Positions 39,416 to 47,894 of a DNA stretch of 64,000 nucleotides are shown here, piece by piece. The notes beneath the pieces are model-generated. The model worked only from the letters and a program-made list of their open reading frames with translations. It was not told the origin of the DNA and did not search any database. The translations under genes and the position numbers were made by a program. Numbering within the stretch: the stretch's first letter is position 1; every line of letters begins with the position of its first letter. The stretch comes from Thermoanaerobaculia bacterium (GTDB taxonomy: Bacteria; Acidobacteriota; Thermoanaerobaculia; UBA5066). The stretch is taken from positions 150,526 to 214,525 of the forward strand of contig CAWEJK010000009.1 in NCBI GenBank assembly GCA_963809425.1. The letters run 5' to 3'.

Positions 39416-40476
39416 GCGACGAGCCGGCTCGCCCCGCTCCGCCCCCTCCCCCGCCCTCTTCACCTTCCAAGCAATCTCCCTCTTCTTCTTCTCTTTCCCC
39501 CTCTTCACCTTCTAAGAAACCTCCCTCTTCCTCTTCATCCGAAATCCTCCTCCGCTGCGAGAACCTCACGCGCAAGTTCGGCACGTTCACCGCCGTCGAC
39601 CGCGTGTCGTTCGAGATCCCGCGCGGGACGGTCTTCGGCTTCCTGGGACCGAACGGCTCGGGCAAGTCGACGACGATCAGGATGCTCACGGGACTCCTCG
39701 AGCCGACGTCCGGCAGCGCGACCGGCTTCGACGGCCTCGACGTGGCGAAAGACACCGAAGCCTGGAAGAAGCGCCTCGGGTACATGAGCCAGAAGTTCTC
39801 GCTCTACCTCGACCTCACGGTCGAGGAGAACCTGCGGTTCTTCGGGTCCATTTACGGCCTTTCGCGCGCGCGCCTCGCCGAGCGGATACGGGCGCTCTCG
39901 GCGCGCCTGCGCTTCGAGCCGATCCTCGGCGAGCTGACGGAGAACCTCTCGACGGGCCAGCGGCAGCGCGTCGCGCTCGCGGCGGCCCTCCTCCACGAGC
40001 CGGAGCTCCTCTTCCTCGACGAGCCGACCGGCGGCGTCGATCCGAAGGGGCGGCGCCTCTTCTGGGATCTCATCTACGAGCTCGCGGCCGCACGCGGGAT
40101 GACGGTCCTCGTCACGACGCACTACATGGACGAGGCCGAACAGTGCGACCGCCTCGCCTTCATCCTCGACGGGAAACTGATCGCCGCGGGCAGCCCTCCC
40201 GAGCTGAAGGGGGCGCTCTCCGGCAGGCTGCTCGAGGTGCCGCTCGCGTCCGAGCCGTTCGCGGCGCTCGCGTCCGTGCGGGGCGACGCGAGCCTCGAAG
40301 ACGCTTATCTCTTCGGCCGGCGCCTGCGCGCCGTCGCCCGGCCGGGCGCCGGGCCCGACGCGGCGCGCCTTCTCGCGCGGTTCGGCGCGCCCGCGAAAGC
40401 CGAGCCTTCGCTCGAGGACGTCTTCGTTTCTCTCGCGCGGAGCGCCTCGCCTTCCGGCGCCGCGGTGGCGGCCTGA
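39412..40476 (+). CDS. ABC transporter ATP-binding protein with a Ser/Pro-rich N-terminal extension
   Basis: Motifs GPNGSGKST, LSTGQRQR, FLDEPTGGVDP and TTHYMDEA. Confidence 0.93.
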   Translation: MSDEPARPAPPPPPPSSPSKQSPSSSSLSPSSPSKKPPSSSSSEILLRCENLTRKFGTFTAVDRVSFEIPRGTVFGFLGPNGSGKSTTIRMLTGLLEPTSGSATGFDGLDVAKDTEAWKKRLGYMSQKFSLYLDLTVEENLRFFGSIYGLSRARLAERIRALSARLRFEPILGELTENLSTGQRQRVALAAALLHEPELLFLDEPTGGVDPKGRRLFWDLIYELAAARGMTVLVTTHYMDEAEQCDRLAFILDGKLIAAGSPPELKGALSGRLLEVPLASEPFAALASVRGDASLEDAYLFGRRLRAVARPGAGPDAARLLARFGAPAKAEPSLEDVFVSLARSASPSGAAVAA

Positions 40477-40486
40477 CGGAGAGACG

Positions 40487-41602
40487 ATGAAGCGCCTTCT
40501 CGCACTCGTCCGCAAGGAGTTCCTCCAGCTCCGCCGCGACACCATCACGCTCCGGATGATCGTGATGGTGCCGATCCTCCAGACGATGATCTTCGGGTAC
40601 GCGATCAACTACGACGTGAAGCATCTCAAGACGGTCGTCCTCGACGAGGACAAGTCGTACGACAGCCGCGAGCTCGTCGCGAAGATGACGGCGAGCGAGT
40701 ACTTCGACATCGTGAAGCACGTCGGCTCCGAGGCCGAGATGCGCCACGAGATCGACGCGGGCCACGCCTCCGTCGGCCTCGTGATCGACCACGACTACGG
40801 GAAGGACCGCCGTCGCGGCGCCTCCGCGAAGGCTCTCCTCGTCGTGAACGCATCGGACACGACGACCGCGAGCCAGGCGATGGCGATCGCGGGCGGCATC
40901 TCGAGCCAGCTCTCTCTCCGGACGCTCGCCGCGAGAGCCGGCTGGAAGGAGTCCGGCCCGCCCGTCGACCTGCGCGTGAGGCCCTGGTACAACCCCGACC
41001 TCAGGACGGCGACGTTCATCATCCCGGGGCTCATCGCGATCCTGCTCACGTTCACGCTCATCCAGTTCACGGCGATGGCGATCGTGCGCGAGAGGGAGCG
41101 CGGCACGCTCGAGCAGCTCCAGGTCACGCCCGTCACGCGCGTCGAGCTCATCCTCGGGAAGATCGCGCCGTTCGTCGTGATCGGCGTCTTCCAGCTCACG
41201 CTCATCATCGTCCTCATGCGCTTCCTCTTCCAGGTGCCGATCGCGGGAAGCGTCGTCGAGCTGTACGTCGTGGGGCTCATGTTCATCGCTGCCGTACTCG
41301 GGCTCGGCATGCTCCTCTCGACGCTCGCGAAGACGCAGATGCAGGCCATGCAGATGTCGTTCTTCTTCCTGCTGCCGTTCGTCTTCCTGTCGGGCTACGT
41401 GTTCCCGATCGACGGCATGCCGAAGTTCTTCCAGTACGTCACCTACCTCATTCCGGCGAAGTACTTCATCCAGGTCGTCCGCGGGATCGTCCTGCGCGGC
41501 GCGCCTCTGACGGAGCTGTGGGAGCCCGTCGCGTGGCTCACGTTCTACACGCTCGCGATCATCGCCCTCGCCGTGTCGCGCTTCCACAAGACGGCGGCGT
41601 AG
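40487..41602 (+). CDS. ABC-2 type permease (YbhR/YbhS-like)
   Basis: Motifs KEFLQLRRD, WYNP, RERERGTLEQL.VTP and LSGYVFPI..MP. Confidence 0.93.
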   Translation: MKRLLALVRKEFLQLRRDTITLRMIVMVPILQTMIFGYAINYDVKHLKTVVLDEDKSYDSRELVAKMTASEYFDIVKHVGSEAEMRHEIDAGHASVGLVIDHDYGKDRRRGASAKALLVVNASDTTTASQAMAIAGGISSQLSLRTLAARAGWKESGPPVDLRVRPWYNPDLRTATFIIPGLIAILLTFTLIQFTAMAIVRERERGTLEQLQVTPVTRVELILGKIAPFVVIGVFQLTLIIVLMRFLFQVPIAGSVVELYVVGLMFIAAVLGLGMLLSTLAKTQMQAMQMSFFFLLPFVFLSGYVFPIDGMPKFFQYVTYLIPAKYFIQVVRGIVLRGAPLTELWEPVAWLTFYTLAIIALAVSRFHKTAA

Positions 41603-41717
41603 GGGCTGGCTTTCCTCTGTGGAGAGGGCTAGCGTTGCTCCTTCAGGAGGCCCATACGAACGGAGTTGCGTTTCAATACACTGGTTGGAATGTAATTGAC
41701 AGCCAGACCCCCCACCC

Positions 41718-42989
41718 ATGATCGCCTTCGCGACGCTGATCCTCGGTTTGGTGCTCGGCCCCGTGGACGTGACGCTCGACGTGGGCGCGGGCGTCGATCG
41801 CGTGGACGTGCTGCTGGACGGGGCTCGGGTCGCCGAGGCCAGGGCGGCGCCCTGGATGGTCGCGGTCGACTTCGGCGAGGAACTCGCGCCCCACGAGCTC
41901 GAGGCAATCGCCTTCGACACCGCCGGACACGAGGTTGCGCGGGCGCGCCAGCGGATCAACCGTCCCCGCCCGCCCGCGGAGGTGTCGATCGCCGTCGAGG
42001 CCCGCGGCGGCTCGCGGGTGGCGCGGCTCGTCTGGGGGAGCGTCATCGGCGAGCAGCCGACGCTCACCCGCGTGACCGTGGACGGCAAGCCGATCGCGTT
42101 CCGGGACCCCGGCGCGATCCCGCTGCCTCCGGCGAATCCTGAGCGCTTTCAGCTGCTCCATGCGGAACTCGACTTCGTTGACGGTGTCACCACATCGGCC
42201 GACATCGTCTTCGCGGGCGGGCGCGCCGACGAGGCTGCGGCTGAGCTTACGGCGGTGCCGGTGTCACTCGCTCCCAAAGTGAGGCTGCCGAAAGCGGAGA
42301 GCCTCACGGGGTGGTTCGAGCTGAGGGGCAAACCGCTTCGCGTCCTGGCGGTGGAGGACGGCCCGGCCGAGATCGTGGCGGTGCTCGAGACCAGCGCGAA
42401 GCGCCCCCTCCGCCTCCTGGCGAGCCTGAGGGGCTCCTACCCTGCCCGCGAGACCGCGTTGCGCAAGCGCCAGTCGCTACGGATCCTGTGGCCAGTGGCG
42501 CGCCCGAGGCCGCAGTCGGGCCTTCAGTATTCGCTCTTCCCGGTGTCCGAGCACCTCTGGACTCTTTCAGTCCTCGATCACCTCGCGCAGTACCGGCCGG
42601 AGGACCCCGAGCCCTGGGCGCGCCAGCGCCTGGCGGACGCGGTGGCCGCCGCGGCGCTCGATGCGTCCGCGCGTAACCGGCGACGGGCCGTCGTGCTCCT
42701 GATCGGGCCCGACCCACCGACCGCTCGCGCGAGCCGCTTCGGGGAGGCCACGGTCCGCCGCTACCTGAGGACGATCGGCGTGCCTCTCCACGTCTGGTGC
42801 GTGGGTCGCGAGGAGGACGCTGTCTGGGGAGCGTGTACCGACGTCTCCACGAGGAAGCACTTCGCCGACGCCTTCAGGCAGCTCCAGGACGACCTCGAGC
42901 GACAGCGCATCGTCTGGGTGGAGGGCACGCACCTGCCGCAAGCCATCTCGCTGACCGCGAAGGCGGCGGGGATTTGCCGGCTGGAGTGA
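41718..42989 (+). CDS. Hypothetical secreted protein (Ig-like N-terminus, degenerate VWA-like C-terminus)
   Basis: Signal-like N-terminus, V..LLDG....APW...DFG Ig-like stretch, and RLADAVA.A...RRRAVVLL. Confidence 0.6.
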   Translation: MIAFATLILGLVLGPVDVTLDVGAGVDRVDVLLDGARVAEARAAPWMVAVDFGEELAPHELEAIAFDTAGHEVARARQRINRPRPPAEVSIAVEARGGSRVARLVWGSVIGEQPTLTRVTVDGKPIAFRDPGAIPLPPANPERFQLLHAELDFVDGVTTSADIVFAGGRADEAAAELTAVPVSLAPKVRLPKAESLTGWFELRGKPLRVLAVEDGPAEIVAVLETSAKRPLRLLASLRGSYPARETALRKRQSLRILWPVARPRPQSGLQYSLFPVSEHLWTLSVLDHLAQYRPEDPEPWARQRLADAVAAAALDASARNRRRAVVLLIGPDPPTARASRFGEATVRRYLRTIGVPLHVWCVGREEDAVWGACTDVSTRKHFADAFRQLQDDLERQRIVWVEGTHLPQAISLTAKAAGICRLE

Positions 42990-44171
42990 CGGACGTGCCG
43001 CGCGCGCTCGTGGCCCTCCTGCTCGCGGCCGCCGCTGCCCTGATCGGCCAGCAGTCCGAGACCGTGCCGGTGCCCGAGGGCGCCACTCTCCGGCTGCTCC
43101 CGGAGGCCTCGTCTCCGTCGCTCACCCTGATCGACGAGGCCGTCGAGCTGCCGCTGCTGGAGCGACGCGGGGGTTGGGTACGCGTCACCTACGCGGACTG
43201 TAAGGGATGGGTCTTACTTGCCGACGACGGTCAGGCGGGCGGGCGCCCGGCTCCGCTTTCACGGATCGACGCGAACCGGCTGGCGCGTGCCACGGCGAGC
43301 CTCGTGAGCCCCCGCCGGCTCGACGCTCGGTCCCTTCCACGTCGTCACCGACATCCGCGACGAGGCCCTGCTCGCACGGCTCGGCCTCGTGGCGGCGGGC
43401 CTTCCGGCGGTCTACGCGGAGCGCTACGGCCTCGACCCCGGCGTCGCGGCCGAGCAGTACGTGGTCGTCTTCTCCCGGGAGGAGAGCTACGCGGCATTCG
43501 AACTCGAGACCACTGCGCTGCGCGGCTACGCGTCTCCGGCGAATGGCGGCGGCGTGGCCGTGGTCGTCGCCGGAGACCGAACGCCCGAGCGGGTGATCGA
43601 GCTCCTCGTGCACGAGCTCGCGCACCTCCTCAACCGGCGGGCGCTCTCTCCCAACCCCGGCGCGCTGCCGCCGTGGCTCGAGGAGGGAATCGCGGAGGAG
43701 CTTTCGTACTCGCGGGTCAGCGCGGGGGGGCGGCTCGAGCCGGGCACGCTCCGCAACGCCAGGACCGTGCGCCGCGACCTCCGTTACGGCCCCGCGATCA
43801 CCGTTCCCTTGGTGACTCCCGACGACCCGCAGAAGCTCGCCAACAAACTCGCGGACCTGGTCTGGCAGCGGAAGGCGCTGCCGCTCGCCGAGCTGGGGTT
43901 GCTCCCCTGGGCGGAGTTCGTGTGCGCCGACACGCGGAAGACCGCTTATGCCGTGAGCGCGAACCTCGTCCGCTACCTCCTCGCCGGACGTCGCGGCGCC
44001 TACGCCGACCGGTTCCGCGGCTTCCTGAGGGAGGTCGCTGAGGGCCTGCCCGCGGAGATCGAGGTGCTGTGGAGCCGGCTGCAGGTCTCGCCGAAGGCCT
44101 TCGAGCGCGAGTTCCAGGCGTGGCTCGTCGGACAGCGGATCCCCCCGAGGATCCCCCCCCCGAGGCTGTAA
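42986..44171 (+). CDS. SH3-like plus zincin (HExxH) domain protein, frameshifted near 43315
   Basis: First frame: signal peptide and LERRGGWVRV.Y...GWV. Second frame: VHELAHLL...PPWLEEGIAE. The halves join by a single frame change. Confidence 0.6.
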
Positions 44172-44220
44172 CCGCGTCTCGATGGGTCCTGAGAACCAGT
44201 GGGGCATGATTGCATCCGTA

Positions 44221-44881
44221 ATGGGTAAGCCCGAGAGCCAACCTCCCCCCAAGCCCCTCCTCCGGGGCGTCCTCCACGAGGTCGCCGCGTTCATCGCCGC
44301 CGTCGCGGGAGCGATCCTCGGTGTTCCGCGCGTCCGGGGCGCGGGCCCGCGCGGGCGCGCTCGTGTACGCGATCTCCCTCGTCACCCTGCTGTCCGTCAG
44401 CGCGGCGTACCACCGCCGGAACTGGTCGGACAAGGTCCGCGCGGTCTGGCGCCGGCTGGACCACTCCGCGATCTTCCTCCTCATTGCGGGGACGTACACG
44501 CCCCTCAGCTTCCTCCTCGGCAGCCGCCTCGGCTGGATCTTTCTCGGCATCGTCTGGGCGGGAGCCCTCCTCGGAATCGTGATGTCCGTCGCGTGGGTGC
44601 GGGCGCCGAAGGCGCTCGTCGCGGCCGTGTGCGTCCTCCTCGGGTGGGCCGCCCTCCCGCTCCTGCCGGCGCTGAAAGCGGCGCTCGGGACCGGCGCCGT
44701 CGTTCTTCTCGCCGCGGGCGGCGTCGTCTACAGCCTCGGCGCCGCCGTCTACGCTCTCCGCCGTCCGGACCCGTTCCCGAACGTGTTCGGCTACCACGAG
44801 ATCTTCCACGCTCTCGTGATCGCGGCCGCCGTCTGCCACTTCGCGGCCGTGGCCCAGGCGGTCTCGGCGCTCTCGGCCTGA
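44221..44881 (+). CDS. Hemolysin III/PAQR family membrane protein, frameshifted near 44320
   Basis: KPLLRGVLH in one frame; SAAYH, RRLDHSAIFLLIAGTYTP and FGYHEIFH in the next. One apparent extra G in atcctcGgtgttc. Confidence 0.88.
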
Positions 44882-44916
44882 CGCTACCTGGACATTGTCC
44901 TGCCGTGGGGTCCCCG

Positions 44917-45183
44917 TCAGTACTCGGCGGTCGCGTCGTCGACGAAGCAGTAGAGCCACCGCTCGCCGGGCTCCGCCGACGCGACGACCGGATGCCCGGC
45001 CGCGCGGGCGTGCTTGCTCGCGTGCCGGTTCGGGGAGGAATCGCAGCAGCGGGTGCCGCTGCAGGTCTGGCAGGTGCGGAGGTGAACCCAGGCGGCTCCG
45101 ATCTTCACGCACTCCTCGCACTCGCGGCGGCGCGCGTGCTTCACCGAGTCGATCGCGGTGAGGTGCTCGCAGGTTTCAGCCAT
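44917..45183 (-). CDS. UBP-type zinc finger protein
   Basis: CEEC...WVHLRTCQTC....CCDSSPNRHASKHA...EPGERW. Confidence 0.92.
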   Translation of the reverse strand: MAETCEHLTAIDSVKHARRRECEECVKIGAAWVHLRTCQTCSGTRCCDSSPNRHASKHARAAGHPVVASAEPGERWLYCFVDDATAEY

Positions 45184-45208
45184 GGCGAGAACGTATCATG
45201 GCGGTCCC

Positions 45209-46096
45209 ATGGCGAGGGAAGACTGGCCTGCTCTCCCGTACGAGGCGTGGAAGGACACCTACGCCACCCTCCACATGTGGACGCAGGTCGTCGGGAAGGT
45301 CGCGCTCGCGCAGGCTCCGCCGATCAACCATTCCTGGGGGGTCGCGCTCCTCGTCACGTCGCGCGGCCTCTCCACGCACACGTTGCCCCACGCGGGGCGG
45401 TCGTTCACGATCGAGTTCGACTTTCTCGAGCACCGGCTCGTCGTCCGGGCGTCCGACGGCGCGGCCGGGACGCTCCCGCTCGTGCCCCGGACGGTCGCCG
45501 AGTTCTACCGGGCGACGATGGACCTGCTCGACGGAATGGGCCTGCCGGTGAAGATCTGGCCGATGCCGGTCGAGATCCCGGCGCCGATCCGCTTCGACCG
45601 CGACACCGTGCACCGGAGCTACGACCCGGAGTACGTGGGCCGACTCTTCCGCATTCTCGTCCGGCTCGAGCGCGTTCTGAGCGCGTGCCGATGCCAGTTC
45701 GTCGGCAAGTGCAGCCCGACGCACTTCTTCTGGGGCTCCTTCGACCTCGCGGTCACCCGGTTCTCGGGGCGCCGGGCGCCGCCGCGCGAGGGTCCGGCCT
45801 TCATGCGCGACGCGTATTCACACGAGGTGATCAGCCATGGTTTCTGGCCGGGTAACGGGATGCTCCCCGAGCCCGCGCTCTACGCGTATGCCGTCCCGAT
45901 GCCGGCCGGCCTCGACGGAGCGCCTATCGAGCCGGCGGCGGCCTCCTTCAACAGGGAGCTCGGGGAGTTCATTTTGCCGTACGAGGCGGTCCGGACGGCC
46001 TCCGATCCGGAGCGCGCGATCCGCGACTTCGTCGACAGCACCTACGCGCAGGCGGCGACGCGCGCCGCGTGGGACCGCGCTACCCTCGAGCGCTGA
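45209..46096 (+). CDS. DUF5996 family protein
   Basis: WP.L....WKDT..TLHMWTQVVGK, GKCSP.HFFWGSFDLAVTRFSGR and AYSHEVIS.GFWPG. Confidence 0.88.
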   Translation: MAREDWPALPYEAWKDTYATLHMWTQVVGKVALAQAPPINHSWGVALLVTSRGLSTHTLPHAGRSFTIEFDFLEHRLVVRASDGAAGTLPLVPRTVAEFYRATMDLLDGMGLPVKIWPMPVEIPAPIRFDRDTVHRSYDPEYVGRLFRILVRLERVLSACRCQFVGKCSPTHFFWGSFDLAVTRFSGRRAPPREGPAFMRDAYSHEVISHGFWPGNGMLPEPALYAYAVPMPAGLDGAPIEPAAASFNRELGEFILPYEAVRTASDPERAIRDFVDSTYAQAATRAAWDRATLER

Positions 46097-46115
46097 CACT
46101 GTCCCTAGAGGTGGC

Positions 46116-46979
46116 TCATGGCTCGGTCGAGAACACTCGAAGGAACTCGAGCGTGTCACCAATCGTCTCTGCCTCGGTCGGTTCCTCGAGCTCGCCTTGG
46201 TCGATGCAGGCGACGATCGCGGTCAGGTTGTCCGCCCCGCCGCGCTCGTTGGCCAGGCCGATTAGCTTTCGACAGGCGGTGTCCGGATCGTTCCCCGCCA
46301 CGAGGTCCCGAAGTTCATCGTCGGCGAGAGCGTTCGACAGCCCGTCGCAGCAGAGTAGCAAACGATCTCCCAGCCGCAGCTTCAGGCGTCCGATCGCGAC
46401 CTTGACCTCGTCGGTTGTCCCGATTGCCTGGAGGAGGACGTTCTTGCGGCTGGAGGCCCGCGCGGCCTCCTGAGACAGCGTGCCCTGGTCGACGAGGAGC
46501 TGGACGAGGCTCTGGTCCCGCGTCACCTGCTGAAGCCTCTCGCTCCTGAGGACGTAGGCGCGCGAATCGCCGATCTGCGCGATGTATGCCTCATCGCCCC
46601 GAAGGTAGATGGCCGTCAGGGTTGCTCCCATGCCGTGCTTGCCGGAAGTCTGAGCCGTCCGGATCACATCGGCGTTCGCTCGCGCAGCCGCGGCCACGAG
46701 CACGTTCTCGAGGCGTTCGATGCCCGCCTCCGCGAGAAGACAAGCCCGCAGCGAATCGACGACGAGCGCGCTCGCGACCTCTCCGGCGTCGTGGCCGCCC
46801 ATGCCGTCCGAGAGAGCGAGGAGGAACCCGCGAGGTCCGACGGTGACCCTCCACGGTCCCGTCCCGGTCTTGAGACTTTCTCCCGTGTCCAGGTCGCTGA
46901 TCGTGAAGGAGTCCTCGTTGTTCTTCCGGACTCGCCCGACGTCGGAGAGTCCGGCGACGTTCATCGATGGTCCGTGCAC
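46116..46979 (-). CDS. PP2C-family Ser/Thr protein phosphatase
   Basis: Motifs SDVGRVR..NED, DGMGGH..GEVAS, GDSRAY, LLCCDGL and GGADN. Confidence 0.94.
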   Translation of the reverse strand: MHGPSMNVAGLSDVGRVRKNNEDSFTISDLDTGESLKTGTGPWRVTVGPRGFLLALSDGMGGHDAGEVASALVVDSLRACLLAEAGIERLENVLVAAAARANADVIRTAQTSGKHGMGATLTAIYLRGDEAYIAQIGDSRAYVLRSERLQQVTRDQSLVQLLVDQGTLSQEAARASSRKNVLLQAIGTTDEVKVAIGRLKLRLGDRLLLCCDGLSNALADDELRDLVAGNDPDTACRKLIGLANERGGADNLTAIVACIDQGELEEPTEAETIGDTLEFLRVFSTEP

Positions 46980-47055
46980 GGCTCTCCTCCTCGGACGGAC
47001 TGTGTCTCGGCGCCAGGTCGCGTTCGAGCGCGGCCCAGCATACCGGGCCGTCCGT

Positions 47056-47619
47056 TTACCGGAAGGCCTGCCACAGGGTGATGACGCCAGAGGCGAAGAA
47101 GATCAACGACGCGCCGATCTTGATCGCCCGTTCGGGAAGTCTGTTCCCGAGGACGCCGGCAACGACGATGGCAAGGCCGTCCGCCGCGACCATTCCGAGG
47201 GTGCTGCCGATCCAGACACCGACGAACGACTGGTACTGGGTCGCCACGCTGATGGTTGCCAGCATCGTCTTGTCGCCGAGCTCGGCGAGGAAGAACGTGA
47301 TTGCCACCGTCAGGAACGGCCCGAAGCGAACGGTCCTCCTCGTATCCTCGTCGGAGATCTCGTCGCCTCGGAGCGTCCAGAGCCCGAAAGCGATGAACGA
47401 CACGCCAGCGAGTACCTTGATCCAGAAATCGGGGAGGATCGAGCCGGCGGCCTCGCCGAGGAACACCGAGAAGAGGTGGACGAGCAGCGTCGCCACGAAT
47501 ACCGCGCCGAGAACCACCTTCTTTGGGTAGCGCGTTGCGAAGGCCATGGCGACGAGCTGGGTCTTGTCTCCCAGTTCGGCGATGAAGACGATGAAGAGCG
47601 AAACCCAGAAGGCGGTCAA
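47056..47619 (-). CDS. TMEM165/GDT1 (UPF0016) Mn2+/Ca2+ exporter
   Basis: Two ELGDKT motifs and an upstream Mn riboswitch. Confidence 0.93.
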   Translation of the reverse strand: MTAFWVSLFIVFIAELGDKTQLVAMAFATRYPKKVVLGAVFVATLLVHLFSVFLGEAAGSILPDFWIKVLAGVSFIAFGLWTLRGDEISDEDTRRTVRFGPFLTVAITFFLAELGDKTMLATISVATQYQSFVGVWIGSTLGMVAADGLAIVVAGVLGNRLPERAIKIGASLIFFASGVITLWQAFR

Positions 47620-47704
47620 TCGAGGCTCCTCTCCATGCTCTGGGCCTGGCCGAGGTGTCCTCCGCCGGGTTGCGACGGAGACTTCAGCCGGGCTGTTGCC
47701 CGTT

Positions 47705-47810
47705 CCGAAGGTCTCGTTCGCCCCGATCGGGGTGGGGGACCGGATCCGCGAGGACCGGTATGTCGATCTCCCCTTAGCCGCCAGTGGCGGCCGGAACTAC
47801 TCCCCTTGCC
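47705..47810 (-). ncRNA. yybP-ykoY manganese-sensing riboswitch
   Basis: Minus strand has AAGGGGAGTAG...TCGACATAC...GAGACCTT, the conserved elements of this class, directly upstream of a UPF0016 gene. Boundaries are approximate. Confidence 0.85.
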
Positions 47811-47894
47811 AGCCGGCGAGTCTAGCACCGGCAGCGCCGGGCGTGCTCCCCTGCGACGGTTCGCAGCGCGGACGAAGAGCTTGCTGAGCTCCCG

